Of a DNA stretch of 64,000 nt, positions 27,484 to 39,000 are shown one piece after another; position 1 is the stretch's first letter, and every line of letters begins with the position of its first letter. The stretch comes from Clostridiales bacterium (lineage in GTDB: Bacteria; Bacillota; Clostridia; Saccharofermentanales; Saccharofermentanaceae): contig JAFZZM010000056.1 of the NCBI GenBank assembly GCA_017615755.1, positions 17,052 to 81,051 on the forward strand. Reading direction: 5' to 3'. The notes beneath the pieces were generated by a model. That model was not told the DNA's origin, searched no databases, and was given only the letters and a program-made list of their open reading frames with translations. The position numbers were made by a program, and so were the translations under genes.

Positions 27484-28707
27484 ATGAGCAATACATATCG
27501 CACGATCATACTGGCAAGAATGGGGGAGATTGCGCTTAAAGGTTTAAACCGCGGTAAGTTTGAAAGACAGCTGATCGATAATCTGAGATGGAGATTAAAA
27601 GAGTATGGCGCTTTTTCCATCGTGCAGAGTCAGTCCCGTATATGGATCGAGCCGAAGGAAAGCAACATTGATCTTCTTGAAGATAAAGAAACAGCAAACG
27701 ACGTTCTTCGCGCCGTTACACAAGTTTTTGGTCTTGTTTCCGCAAGCCTTGTATGGAAATTCGACGGGGATATGGAGTCGATCAAGGAACACGCCTTGAA
27801 ACTGACCGATGAGATCCTTTCCGAGCATGACTATAAGACGTTCAAAGTTGAGTCCAAGCGTGGTGATAAGCGTTTCCCTCTGGCTTCTCCTGAGATCTGC
27901 TGTGATGTCGGCGAAGCGATCCTTATCGCGCATCCGGAGCTGACTGTAGATGTTCATGAGCCTGATTTTACTATCTATGTTGAGGTCCGAGAGAACCGTT
28001 TCGTTTACAGCGAGAAACTTGAAGGACACCGTGGTCTGCCTGTCGGAACGGCAGGGAAGGGCATGTTGCTTCTCTCGGGTGGTATCGACAGTCCTGTAGC
28101 CGGTTACATGATGGCGTCACGTGGTATGCAGCTGGAAGCGATCTATTTCCATTCGTATCCTTATACCAGCGAACGTGCGCTCGAGAAGGTTAAAGATCTG
28201 GCACGTATCGTATCCCAGTATTCCGGTACGATCCTGCTTCATGTTTGTAATTTCACGGATATCCAGCTTGACCTTTATAAGAACAGCCCTCAGGACATGC
28301 TGACCATCACGATGCGTCGTATCATGTTTGAAATTGCTGAGGAACTGGCCAATAAGCAAGGCTGCAAGTGCCTGATCACCGGCGAGTCGCTCGGACAGGT
28401 AGCCAGCCAGACGATCGAAGCGATCCAGATCACAAATGAAGTGGTGAAGACGATGCCGGTGTTCCGTCCGTTGATCGGACTGGACAAGGAAGAAACATGC
28501 AATATTTCCCGCCGCATCGGTGCTTTTGAAACATCGATCCTGCCATATGAGGATTGCTGCACTGTCTTTGTTGCGAAGCATCCGAAGACGCATCCGCAGA
28601 AAAAACACATCATTGAAGCGGAAGAGAAACTGGACATTCCGGCTCTGGTTCAAAAAGGCGTGGAAGGCATCGAGACATACAAGATCGAGCGTGTTTCAAA
28701 AGTCTGA
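27484..28707 (+). CDS. thiI: tRNA 4-thiouridine synthase ThiI (no rhodanese domain)
   Basis: THUMP region followed by the PP-loop LLSGGIDSPVA. Confidence 0.93.
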   Translation: MSNTYRTIILARMGEIALKGLNRGKFERQLIDNLRWRLKEYGAFSIVQSQSRIWIEPKESNIDLLEDKETANDVLRAVTQVFGLVSASLVWKFDGDMESIKEHALKLTDEILSEHDYKTFKVESKRGDKRFPLASPEICCDVGEAILIAHPELTVDVHEPDFTIYVEVRENRFVYSEKLEGHRGLPVGTAGKGMLLLSGGIDSPVAGYMMASRGMQLEAIYFHSYPYTSERALEKVKDLARIVSQYSGTILLHVCNFTDIQLDLYKNSPQDMLTITMRRIMFEIAEELANKQGCKCLITGESLGQVASQTIEAIQITNEVVKTMPVFRPLIGLDKEETCNISRRIGAFETSILPYEDCCTVFVAKHPKTHPQKKHIIEAEEKLDIPALVQKGVEGIETYKIERVSKV

Positions 28708-28819
28708 TTCTGTCTACTTGTGAGAAGACCTTGAATCATTTGCTCTCCATGTCACGGAAAACAGCAATTTGAGAATACTCAAATTCCGAAAATAAGGGCA
28801 TTTCGTGCGAATAAACTGT

Positions 28820-28849
28820 TTGACGTCCCGTATATATAAGTGCTACAAT
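28820..28849 (+). promoter_or_regulatory. Candidate promoter of the LRR surface-protein gene
   Basis: TTGACG, 18-nt spacer, TGcTACAAT (extended -10), about 55 nt upstream of the GAAGGAGG RBS. Confidence 0.55.
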
Positions 28850-28906
28850 ATTAACAAATTTTTATAGGTTGCGATATTATTGGCATGTGAAGGAGGTTAA
28901 ATCATT

Positions 28907-31900
28907 ATGTTCGCAAAAAAACTGCTAAGGGTTTCAACCTTAGTTTTGTCGGCAGTACTTGTCGGTGCTGTCGGTTTTTCCATTTTCACTTCGTCAAAGA
29001 AGTTATCTGCAGCAGGTGACAAGTATTACTATGCTACAGGCGTTAACACTTTGACCGGTGATGTGGAAGACTTTAAACTTGTTGCAAGTAACGGCGGTTT
29101 CTATTTCTGCGGTTACTACGGCAATCGTGTTAGTTCTTCGGCATTAGGTATTCCGGAAGAATTCACCATTATTTCAGGTGCAGGCTCTTCGGCTGTTCCG
29201 TATGATGATGAGAATGTCGGAGCTGTTGTTTCCGTTATCGGTATCGCCGATGAAGCTTGTAAGACATATCCGATCAACAAGCTCGCTATTCCTTATGGCG
29301 TTGAATCTATCGGTAAGCAGGCTTTCCAGGAGTGTAAAGGTCTCGTTGAGGTTTCTTTCCCTTCAACATTGAAGACAATGGGTCGTGCATGCTTTAAGCA
29401 GTGTGAACTTCTCAAAGTTGTAGATCTTAGCCAGACCAGCCTTGAGTTCAAGCTGACTGAAGATCCGAACGGCGGTTATATCCACCATATCAATGGTAGT
29501 GAACCGACTGAAGGTAAGTATGCTTTTGAAGAATGTATTGCACTTCAGGACATCAAGTTCCCGAAGAACAACGATGATTTCATGGTTGTTCCTGAAGGTT
29601 TCTGCAAGGGCTGTAGAAGATTGACTTCCGTATCCATTCCGGACAGCGTTCATGAAGTAGATCAGTATGCTTTCCAGGACAACGTTCTGCTTGAGAGTGT
29701 AAGATTCTCTTCGAATCTGGTAGGAATTGATGCCGGCGCTTTCAAGAGCTGTTCCGCTCTTACTTCCGTAAAGATTCCGAGTTCTGTTGAGTTCCTCGGT
29801 CAGGAATGTTTCTACGAGTGTACTACACTTTCTTCTGCTACTCTGGCTGATGGAATTCAGCTTGAAAAGATCAGTAAGAGAGCTTTTAAGCGTACTAAGC
29901 TCCAGAACTTCACCATTCCTGCTTCTTGTGACAAGCTCTTCATCCTTGAAGAAGAAGCATTCATGGATTGTACTGAACTTGCGACATTTACTGTAAAAAC
30001 CTCTTCTATCCATACATTTGATAAAGAATGTTTTTCTAACTGCAGCATTTTGAAGACGATCAATATTCCTGCCGGTTCTCTTACCGGTATCGGTGAGGCT
30101 TGCTTCAAGGGCTGTACTATCCTCAAGGATATTGCTTCTAAGAGCAATAACATCATCAAGAACGTTGTTAACATCGGACCTTCTGCTTTCTATGGTTGTG
30201 AAGCTTTTACAGAGTTCTATGTTCCGGATATCACAACAATCGGTGAGTACACATTCTACGGTTGTAAGAACATCGTAAATCTGTATTTCTCTTCCACAAA
30301 TGAGAATGACCTGGATAAGGTCGGTGACTATGCTTTCGCACAGTGTGCAAAGATGATCATCAGCGGTGGTAAGATTCCGGATACCGTAACAGTAATCGGT
30401 AAGTATGCATTCTCCGGTTGTACATCTGCTACATCCATTGGCGTTCCTTCTAATCTCGAGAAGATCGATGAGGGCGCTTTCAAGAACTGTACTGCTCTGA
30501 AGTCCTTCACAATTCCTTCGAACATCGATGAGATCCGTAAGGAAACCTTCTATGCATGTGCATCTCTTAAGTCTATCGCAATCCCGGACGAAGTAACTAT
30601 CATTCCTGAGTCCTGCTTCACAAAGTGTGTATCTCTTGAATCCGTTAAGATGGGTAACCAGGTTGTTCAGATCCAGAAGGAGGCTTTCTCCGGATGTACA
30701 TCTCTCTGCCATGGTACCGGCGTCCTTTCTCTCAGCAGCGGTTTGACACTGCTTGATGAAAGTGCATTCTTCGGTTGCTCCGAAATCAAGTCTGTCAGCA
30801 TTCCTTCCGGTGTTTCTGTGATCCCGGCTAAGTGCTTTGCTGAGTGTTCTTTGCTTAAGAATCTCAACCTTAACAATGTAACTGAGGTTGGACAGTCTGC
30901 ATTCGAGAAGTGCTCAAGCCTTGCAACTCTCAATTTCCCGGCTGGATTTGAAGTTTTCGGCAGAAGCTCTTTCCGTCAGTGCACATCTTTGGAAGTTGTT
31001 GTAATTCCGGATTCTGTTAACCAGATCCCTGACAACTGCTTCAATGGTTGTACTTCTTTGGAATATGTAAAGATTCCGGATTCCGTAACTGCTCTTGGTA
31101 GAGGTTGCTTCTCTGCTTGTAACCTGTTGGCAGTTGAGTTGCCGGATAGCCTTCTGGCTGTCAGCTCTGTCGCTTTTGACGGTAACAGAGACCTGAACCG
31201 TGTAACAGTAAGCAACAACAAGGTAGTTATCAACGAATACCTTGGTAGTAACGCAAATGTTGAAGTACCTGAGAAGATCTACGGCATGCCTGTTGTTGAG
31301 ATCTCTGCAGAAGCTTATCGCGGAACAAACGTTAAGTGGGTTCATGTACCGTCCTCTGTAAAGAAGATCGGTGACAGTGCTTTCGAAGACTGCAAGAACC
31401 TCCTTACAGTAAGAATTCCTAACACGATCAGACTTACAGACGATTGCTTCAGCGGTTGTCAGACAGTTTATCGTATTGAAGACCTTGACGATACATCCGT
31501 AATCATCAAGAAGTTCTATGGCGAAAGCAAGACAGTTAACATTCCGAATACTCTTGAGAGCAAGAAGGTCGTTGCTATCGGCGATGGCGCTTTCAAGGGC
31601 AACATCTACATCCAGGATGTAACAGTACCGAAGTCCGTAACTTCTATCGGTGCTGAGGCCTTCATGAACTGCAGTAATGCATACGTTCTGTATCCGGCTG
31701 CTGCATCTGTTGGTAAGGATGCATTCAAGGGTTGTAAGGGATCTGAGTCTTATGGCGATGCTCCGACGATCACACAAAAGCCGACGATCACTCCTACACC
31801 GATCCCGGGTAAGGACCCGACTCCGGTTCCGGGTGAACCGTCTATCGCAGACTTTATCGAGCGTCTCTATACAGTAGCTCTGGACCGTCCATCTGATGCT

Positions 31901-32584
31901 TCCGGTAAGGCTTACTGGGTACGTGAGATCACAAACGGTAACAAGACAGGTGCTGATTGCGCAAGAGGATTCCTCGTTGATACTCCTGAGTTCCAGAACC
32001 GTGGTCTGAACGACGATAAGTTCGTCGAGACACTGTATCAGACATTCTTCGGTCGTGCTTCTGAAGCAAGCGGTAAGGCTTACTGGATGGGCAGACTTAA
32101 AGATAAATCTGCAACACGTCTGGATGTTATCCTGAACTTCATCGATTCTAAGGAATGGTGCAACATCTGTGCTGACTATGGCGTTAAGTCCGGTGCTCCG
32201 ACTGCTAAGGCTGAAAAGGCATCCAAGAACGCTATCAAGTTTGCTACAAGATTGTACACAGAGTGCCTCGGACGTGATCCTGAGACGGCTGGTCTTAACT
32301 ACTGGTCTCTCGCTTTGACGAACCTCGAGCAGACAGGTTACTCTGCTGCTAAGCAGTTCTTCACATCCAAGGAGTTCAGAAACTTCAATACTACGAATGA
32401 AGAATATGTAACAAGACTCTATACAACATTCATGGGTCGTGAGCCTGAAGCTGACGGATTCAAGTACTGGGTCGGCGAACTTAATAAGGGTGCTGACAGA
32501 GACTATATCCTCGCTAAATTTGCTTCGACACCAGAGTTTGCTAACATCTGTAAGTCGTATGGTATTGATCGCGGTGATATCTGA
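28907..32584 (+). CDS. Giant secreted BspA-type leucine-rich-repeat surface protein with a short PT linker and a C-terminal module of four DUF4214-like repeats
   Basis: Signal peptide. Dozens of ~23-aa units of the form IPxSVxxIGxxAFxxCxxLxxV. The C-terminal 245 aa are paralogous to the tail of the 16641-19868 protein. Confidence 0.88.
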   Translation: MFAKKLLRVSTLVLSAVLVGAVGFSIFTSSKKLSAAGDKYYYATGVNTLTGDVEDFKLVASNGGFYFCGYYGNRVSSSALGIPEEFTIISGAGSSAVPYDDENVGAVVSVIGIADEACKTYPINKLAIPYGVESIGKQAFQECKGLVEVSFPSTLKTMGRACFKQCELLKVVDLSQTSLEFKLTEDPNGGYIHHINGSEPTEGKYAFEECIALQDIKFPKNNDDFMVVPEGFCKGCRRLTSVSIPDSVHEVDQYAFQDNVLLESVRFSSNLVGIDAGAFKSCSALTSVKIPSSVEFLGQECFYECTTLSSATLADGIQLEKISKRAFKRTKLQNFTIPASCDKLFILEEEAFMDCTELATFTVKTSSIHTFDKECFSNCSILKTINIPAGSLTGIGEACFKGCTILKDIASKSNNIIKNVVNIGPSAFYGCEAFTEFYVPDITTIGEYTFYGCKNIVNLYFSSTNENDLDKVGDYAFAQCAKMIISGGKIPDTVTVIGKYAFSGCTSATSIGVPSNLEKIDEGAFKNCTALKSFTIPSNIDEIRKETFYACASLKSIAIPDEVTIIPESCFTKCVSLESVKMGNQVVQIQKEAFSGCTSLCHGTGVLSLSSGLTLLDESAFFGCSEIKSVSIPSGVSVIPAKCFAECSLLKNLNLNNVTEVGQSAFEKCSSLATLNFPAGFEVFGRSSFRQCTSLEVVVIPDSVNQIPDNCFNGCTSLEYVKIPDSVTALGRGCFSACNLLAVELPDSLLAVSSVAFDGNRDLNRVTVSNNKVVINEYLGSNANVEVPEKIYGMPVVEISAEAYRGTNVKWVHVPSSVKKIGDSAFEDCKNLLTVRIPNTIRLTDDCFSGCQTVYRIEDLDDTSVIIKKFYGESKTVNIPNTLESKKVVAIGDGAFKGNIYIQDVTVPKSVTSIGAEAFMNCSNAYVLYPAAASVGKDAFKGCKGSESYGDAPTITQKPTITPTPIPGKDPTPVPGEPSIADFIERLYTVALDRPSDASGKAYWVREITNGNKTGADCARGFLVDTPEFQNRGLNDDKFVETLYQTFFGRASEASGKAYWMGRLKDKSATRLDVILNFIDSKEWCNICADYGVKSGAPTAKAEKASKNAIKFATRLYTECLGRDPETAGLNYWSLALTNLEQTGYSAAKQFFTSKEFRNFNTTNEEYVTRLYTTFMGREPEADGFKYWVGELNKGADRDYILAKFASTPEFANICKSYGIDRGDI
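29285..31742 (+). repeat. In-frame array of BspA-like (LRR_5-type) leucine-rich repeats
   Basis: The periodic ..AF..C..L..(I/V).IP..V..IG.. pattern runs through this span. Confidence 0.85.
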
Positions 32585-32612
32585 TCATCGGAATATCTGA
32601 CATGAATTAAGG

Positions 32613-32652
32613 TCCGCCTGCTTGCATTAATTGCAAGTAGGCGGATTTTTTT
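32613..32652 (+). terminator. Rho-independent terminator after the LRR protein gene
   Basis: Stem TCCGCCTGCTTGCA/TGCAAGTAGGCGGA with one mismatch, followed by TTTTTTT. Confidence 0.85.
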
Positions 32653-32759
32653 AGTTTTTGTTAGATTAATTTGTGTACTTTCTCCTTGTAAATGGCTTTA
32701 CTGAAAACGATATTTTGATTATCATGTTATAGTAATTTGTATACATATGGAGGTATCCC

Positions 32760-34004
32760 ATGTTTGAGCATATCAAGGCAGAAGATCCTGAGGTTTTTCA
32801 GGCGATAACACAGGAAGTGGAGCGTCAGCGCAATAAGATCGAGTTGATCGCTTCTGAGAACTTTGTAACTGAGGCCGTTCTTGAAGCAGCCGGTTCTCCG
32901 TTGACAAACAAGTACGCAGAGGGTTATCCGGGAAAGAGATATTACGGCGGATGCGAATATGTGGATATCGTAGAGTCTCTTGCTATTGACAGAGCGAAGA
33001 AACTTTTCGGTGCAGAACATGTTAATGTTCAGCCGCACTCCGGTGCTCAGGCTAATACAGCAGTTTACTTTGCTATTCTTGAGCCGGGCGATAAGATCCT
33101 GGGTATGGATCTTTCTCATGGTGGACACCTCACACACGGTATGAAACTGAATGTTTCCGGCCGTACATATCAGTCTGAGTTCTATCAGGTAGATCCTGAG
33201 ACACAGACTCTCAACTACGACAAGATCCTCGAGATCGCTAAGGAAGTTAAGCCGAAGGTTATCGTTGCCGGTGCTTCCGCTTATCCGAGAATTATCGATT
33301 TCAAGAAGTTCCGTGAGATTGCTGATGCAGTTGGCGCTTATCTCTTCGTAGATATGGCTCATATTGCAGGTCTCGTTGCTGCAGGACTTCACCCGAATCC
33401 GGTTCCGTATGCTGATTTCGTTACAACAACAACACATAAGACCCTCCGCGGTCCTCGTGGCGGTATCATCATGTGCAAAGAAGAGTTTGCCAAGAAGATT
33501 GATTCCGCTGTATTCCCGGGTCAGCAGGGTGGTCCTCTGATGCACATCATCGCAGCTAAAGCCGTTGCTTTTAAGGAAGCACTGAGTGATGAGTTCCGCG
33601 CATATCAGGGACAAATCGTTAAGAATGCTGCTGCTCTGGCTGATGGTCTTATGAAGAGAAACGTAAATCTCGTTTCCGGCGGTACAGAGAATCACCTGAT
33701 GCTCATCGACCTTCGTGGTACAGGCGTTACAGGTAAGGAACTGCAGCTCCGTTTGGATGATGTAAACATCACAGCAAACAAGAATACGATCCCGTTCGAT
33801 CCTGAGAAGCCGTTCGTTACAAGCGGTGTTCGTGTTGGTACTGCTGCAGCATCTGCTCGCGGTATGAAGGAAGAGGATATGGATGTAATCGCAGATTGCA
33901 TCGCAAAAGCAATCTTCTCCTTTGAGGAGTCCAAGGAAGAGATCAAGGCTGCTGTTGCTCAGTTGACAGCGAAGTATCCGCTTTATCCGGATATGAAGTA
34001 TTGA
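32760..34004 (+). CDS. glyA: Serine hydroxymethyltransferase
   Basis: Full-length SHMT pattern: [33 protein letters not shown]. Confidence 0.98.
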   Translation: MFEHIKAEDPEVFQAITQEVERQRNKIELIASENFVTEAVLEAAGSPLTNKYAEGYPGKRYYGGCEYVDIVESLAIDRAKKLFGAEHVNVQPHSGAQANTAVYFAILEPGDKILGMDLSHGGHLTHGMKLNVSGRTYQSEFYQVDPETQTLNYDKILEIAKEVKPKVIVAGASAYPRIIDFKKFREIADAVGAYLFVDMAHIAGLVAAGLHPNPVPYADFVTTTTHKTLRGPRGGIIMCKEEFAKKIDSAVFPGQQGGPLMHIIAAKAVAFKEALSDEFRAYQGQIVKNAAALADGLMKRNVNLVSGGTENHLMLIDLRGTGVTGKELQLRLDDVNITANKNTIPFDPEKPFVTSGVRVGTAAASARGMKEEDMDVIADCIAKAIFSFEESKEEIKAAVAQLTAKYPLYPDMKY

Positions 34005-34030
34005 TCCGTTATTCGGACAGGAGATAGGAC

Positions 34031-35380
34031 ATGAGCGTGAGCGAAGAGTATAAGAAGAGAGAACCTTTAGCTTTTCGCATGGCGCCGCGTTCATTATCTG
34101 AATATATCGGTCAGGAGCATATCCTGGGCGAGGGCAAGATGTTAAGAAGGATGATCGAGGCAGACAGACTGTCTTCGATCATCCTTTTTGGCCCTCCGGG
34201 GACCGGAAAGACTGCGTTGGCAAGGCTGATCGCACACACTACTTCGGCTAAGTTTGAAAGGATCAATGCCGTTACGGCGGGTGTATCCGACATCAAGCGT
34301 ATAGTAGAAGATGCGAAGAATCCCATCTTTACGCCGAATGGAAGAGTAGTGCTTTTCGTGGATGAGATCCATCGGTTTAACAAGATGCAGCAGGATGCTT
34401 TGCTTCCTCATGTAGAAGACGGAACGGTCATTCTGATTGGAGCGACGACGGAGAATCCGTTCTTCGAAGTGAACAAGGCCTTGATCTCGAGATCAACGGT
34501 CCTTTCCCTGAAACCTTTGACCGATGAAAATATCATCGCCATTTTGAAACAAGCGCTTAACGATAAAGAGCGGGGACTGGGTAACGAACCGATCGATATT
34601 TCCGACAGAACTCTGGCATATATTGCCGACCTTTGTAACGGTGATGCCCGTATAGCACTTCGTTCTCTTGAATTGGCATATATAACGACTCCTCCGGATG
34701 AGAAGGGGACCATCACCATTGATGAAGAGATCATGCAGGATTGCATGCAGAAGAGGTCTCTGGCTTTTGATACAGACGGGGAGAGCCACTATGACAATAT
34801 AAGCGCCATGATCAAGTCCATGCGCGGCAGTGACCCGGATGCGGCGATCTTCTATCTGGCACGTGCTTTGCATTCCGGTGAGGATATCGAGTTCCTTGCC
34901 AGACGAATTCTCATATGTTCATCAGAAGACGTCGGTATGGCGAATCCGAACGCGATCCTGGTTGCCATGGCGGCATATCAGGGAGTGATGGCTGTCGGTA
35001 TGCCTGAGGCCCGGATCCTTCTTGCTGAAGCAGCTGTGACTGTAGCGACAAGTCCTAAGTCTAACAGTGCCTATCTGGCTATAGATAAAGCACTCGCCGA
35101 TGTAGCAAATAAGAGAACAGGGGAGGTGCCGATGCACCTTCGCAATGCGCCTGCCAAGGGTATGATTGATATGGGATACTCTGTCGGTTACAAATATGCG
35201 CACGATTTCCCGGAACATTATGTCGATATGCAGTTCCTGCCTGACGAGATGGTCGGTACGAAGTACTATGAACCCGGCAATCTCGGCTATGAGAAGCAGG
35301 TAAGAAACTGGATGGACCATCTTAAAAATCGTTCCGGTGATAAGCCAAACTCCGACGAATCCAGTAATTCCAATGGTTAA
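34031..35380 (+). CDS. rarA: Replication-associated recombination protein A (AAA+ ATPase)
   Basis: GPPGTGKTALA, LFVDEIHRFNK, IGATTENP, and the MgsA C-terminal domain (HLRNAP...). Confidence 0.94.
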   Translation: MSVSEEYKKREPLAFRMAPRSLSEYIGQEHILGEGKMLRRMIEADRLSSIILFGPPGTGKTALARLIAHTTSAKFERINAVTAGVSDIKRIVEDAKNPIFTPNGRVVLFVDEIHRFNKMQQDALLPHVEDGTVILIGATTENPFFEVNKALISRSTVLSLKPLTDENIIAILKQALNDKERGLGNEPIDISDRTLAYIADLCNGDARIALRSLELAYITTPPDEKGTITIDEEIMQDCMQKRSLAFDTDGESHYDNISAMIKSMRGSDPDAAIFYLARALHSGEDIEFLARRILICSSEDVGMANPNAILVAMAAYQGVMAVGMPEARILLAEAAVTVATSPKSNSAYLAIDKALADVANKRTGEVPMHLRNAPAKGMIDMGYSVGYKYAHDFPEHYVDMQFLPDEMVGTKYYEPGNLGYEKQVRNWMDHLKNRSGDKPNSDESSNSNG

Positions 35381-35518
35381 CGGATTTCTTAGAAAAATCT
35401 GTTGACGAGAAGTAACAAATATTTCACGAATCGTATTCAGTTTTTTGTGTTTTTGACAATTGACACCCTCTATAATGGAATCATATAATCTAACCCAGTT
35501 AGCAATCTAGGAGGAGAT

Positions 35519-35968
35519 ATGGTTTCTGATCAAGTTGTTCTTGAATTGCTTCAGGATTTTAACAGTATAAAACCACTCGCTTTTGTCCAGCAGATGGATA
35601 TTCAGTCTATGGGTATCGGCAATGTGCTGGGCTTTCTTGCGTGTTCCGGACGCGAGGTTTCCGCAGGTGAGATCAGTGAGTACATGAATGTCAGTACGGC
35701 ACGTGTCGCAGTGCTTCTTAAGAAGATGAGCGATAAGGGATTGATCGTAAAGAAGAACGATCCCAATGACGGTCGTCGCGTAATGGTTTCCATCACAGAT
35801 CTTGGACAAGAGCTTTTGGCGGAGAAACAGAACGAAATCATTCTTTACGGCAGCGCTGTAGTAGAACATTTCGGCGTTGAACGGGTACGGGATTTTATCC
35901 AGGCCTGCAGAGAGATTCGCGATGTAGTCGAAGAAGTAAAGATACAACAAGGGATAACGACAGACTAA
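35519..35968 (+). CDS. MarR-family transcriptional regulator
   Basis: 149 aa winged-HTH (SAGEISEYMNVSTARVAVLLKKMSDKGLI...DGRRV). Confidence 0.8.
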   Translation: MVSDQVVLELLQDFNSIKPLAFVQQMDIQSMGIGNVLGFLACSGREVSAGEISEYMNVSTARVAVLLKKMSDKGLIVKKNDPNDGRRVMVSITDLGQELLAEKQNEIILYGSAVVEHFGVERVRDFIQACREIRDVVEEVKIQQGITTD

Positions 35969-36011
35969 GACATCTTAGGTATTGAAATAGAAGAAGGACA
36001 GGAGACACATT

Positions 36012-39000
36012 ATGCTTGAATTAAAAGACATCGTAAAGATTTATCCGGCCGGTGGCAATCCGGTTGAGGCTTTGAAAGGAATCAATCTCGGATTCCGTGA
36101 CAATGAATTTGTTTCGATCCTCGGTCAGTCCGGATGTGGTAAGACAACCATGCTGAACATTATCGGCGGTCTGGACCAGTATACTTCAGGAGATCTGATC
36201 ATTAACGGAAAATCAACGAAACAGTATAAAGACCGTGACTGGGATACTTATCGTAACCACTCGATCGGATTTGTGTTCCAGACCTATAACCTGATCCCGC
36301 ATCAGAATGTTCTTTCCAACGTTGAACTGGCTCTTTCGCTGTCTGGTGTCAGCAAGAAGGAACGCCGTCAAAGAGCAACAGAGGCGCTGAAAAAGGTTGG
36401 TCTCGGAGATCAGCTTAAGAAGAAGCCGGCACAGATGAGTGGTGGTCAGATGCAGCGTGTGGCGATTGCACGCGCTATCGTAAATGATCCGGATATCATC
36501 CTTGCAGACGAACCTACCGGTGCACTGGATACAGAGACAAGTGTACAGGTCATGGATATTCTCAAGGAACTATCCAAAGACAAGCTGGTCATCATGGTTA
36601 CGCATAACCCGGAACTGGCTGAAAAGTACTCCACTCGTATCGTTCGTATGCTCGATGGTAAGATCACCGGTGACTCGGCTCCTTTCACTGAAGAAGAGCA
36701 GAAGAAGGCAGATAAGATCGCTGAAGATATGGCTAAGATGGATAAGAAAGCCAAAAAGGAAGCTGCAAAAACACAGAAGAAGCCTTCCATGTCGTTTGCG
36801 ACCTCTTTCGGTCTTTCATTGAAAAACCTGTTTACCAAGAAGGGAAGAACGATCCTGACATCTTTTGCAGGTTCCATTGGTATTATCGGTATCGCTTTGA
36901 TCTATTCCGTATCCCAGGGTACACACAACTTCATTAATGAAGTACAGGAAGATACGATTTCTGCTTACCCGCTTCAGATCCAGGCACAGACCGTTGATCT
37001 GAGTACACTTCTGAATTCGTTTGTCGGTAATGATACCGGTGAGCTGAATCACGAGAAAGATGCGGTATACCAGAGATTAAAGCTCTATGACATGATGAAC
37101 TCCTTGATCGCCGTAGAAACGCAGGAAAACGACCTTTCTTCCTTCAAGAAGTATATCGAAACAGAAAAGGCTAATCCGGATAGCAAGATGGGACAGGCAC
37201 TTTCCGGTGTACAGTATGCTTATAACCTGAATCTGCAGATCTACACAAAGAATGTGGAAGGCAAGATCATTCACTCTGATACAACAGAACTGATGAGTGC
37301 TCTGTTCTCCCAGTTCTCAAGCACAGTATTCAATTTCGATATGGGCAATAATACGCAGAACAGCCAGACTGCATCAATCATGAGTTCCCAGATGTCTCTT
37401 TGGAGCGAGCTGCTTCCGGGTTCAGACGGGGCATCCACAAACCAGGTAACACATAAGCAGTATGATGTTGTTTACGGACGTTGGCCGGAATCTTACGACG
37501 AGATAGTTCTTTTCCTTGATGAGAACAATGAACTTGATGACTATACACTCTATGCTTTAGGTTTGAAGACCGAGCAGGAGATCAAGGACATGATGAATGC
37601 TGCTTTGAACAAGCAGGAGATGAAGTACACCGATCAGCACTGGTCTTATGAAGAGATCTGCAATCTGGAATTCCGTTCTGTTCTCCCGTCTGACTGCTGG
37701 AGTTATGACTCTGCTACCGGACTTTACACTGATCTTCGTACCACTGAGCAGGGTCTGACCTACCTTTATGACAATGCGCTGAAGTTGAAAGTAGTCGGTA
37801 TCGTTCGTCCGAACGAAGATGCGGTTTCTACAAGCCATCACGGCACGATCGGATATACACACATGCTGACTGAATACATCATTAATGCTTGTGAAGGCGC
37901 TGATGCAATTAAGGCACAACTCGCAAGCCCTAAGTTTGATGTTACCTCCGGACTTCGTTTCAAAGACGAAACCGCGGCTGTAACAGTAGAAGATAAGGCT
38001 GCTTACTTCCGCAACTATGTCAAAGATCTCGATGACAATGGCAAGGCAGATGTCTATGTTAAAGTAATGAGCATCCCGACCGAAGACATGATCAATCAGT
38101 ATGTACAAGGCACATTGAGTCAGCTTGACCGTCCGACCATGGAAGCCATGATGATGGAAAAGATGAAAGAAATGGGCATGGATGAGCAGACTATTCAGGG
38201 ATACATCGGACAGATGACAGATGCTGACATGAAGGAAACCTTTGCTTCCGGCATCCGCGAACAGTACCTGGCAGAATATAGTGCCAACATGGAAAAAGAA
38301 CTCAGCACGAAGACACCTCAGGAGCTTTCGGCTTCTTTGGAAAAAGCACTGGAATCTTTTGATGATGAATACTGTGCCGGTTTCTATGACACCGTTATCG
38401 AATTCTCTCCGTTTACATACGAGTACAATCTGATCCGTCTGGGAAGTCTCAATCTTGATCAGCCTTCCGCAATCAGCCTGTATGCTTCAACTTTTGAGAA
38501 CAAAGATACGATCGTGGACTGCATCGAAGAATACAATAACTCCGTACCGGAACTGCAGAAGCTGAAGTACACGGATTATGTCGGTATCCTGATGTCTTCC
38601 GTAACCACGATCATCAACGCGATCACCTATGTACTTATCGCATTCGTAGCTGTATCCTTGGTCGTATCTTCCATCATGATCGGTGTTATCACATTGATCT
38701 CCGTACAGGAAAGAACGAAAGAGATCGGTATCCTGCGTTCGCTCGGTGCTTCCAAGAAGAATGTATCCAGTATGTTTAATGCGGAGACTGTAATAATAGG
38801 ATTTACGTCAGGTCTGCTTGGCGTACTGATTACTTACATCCTCTTGATCCCGATCAACTATATCGTGCATACTTTGACGGGAATCAACAACCTGACTGCG
38901 GTCCTGCCGATCATCACGGCAATCATATTGATCCTGATCAGTATCCTGCTTACCTTGATCGCCGGTATCATTCCTTCCCGTTCTGCAGCCAAGAAGGATC

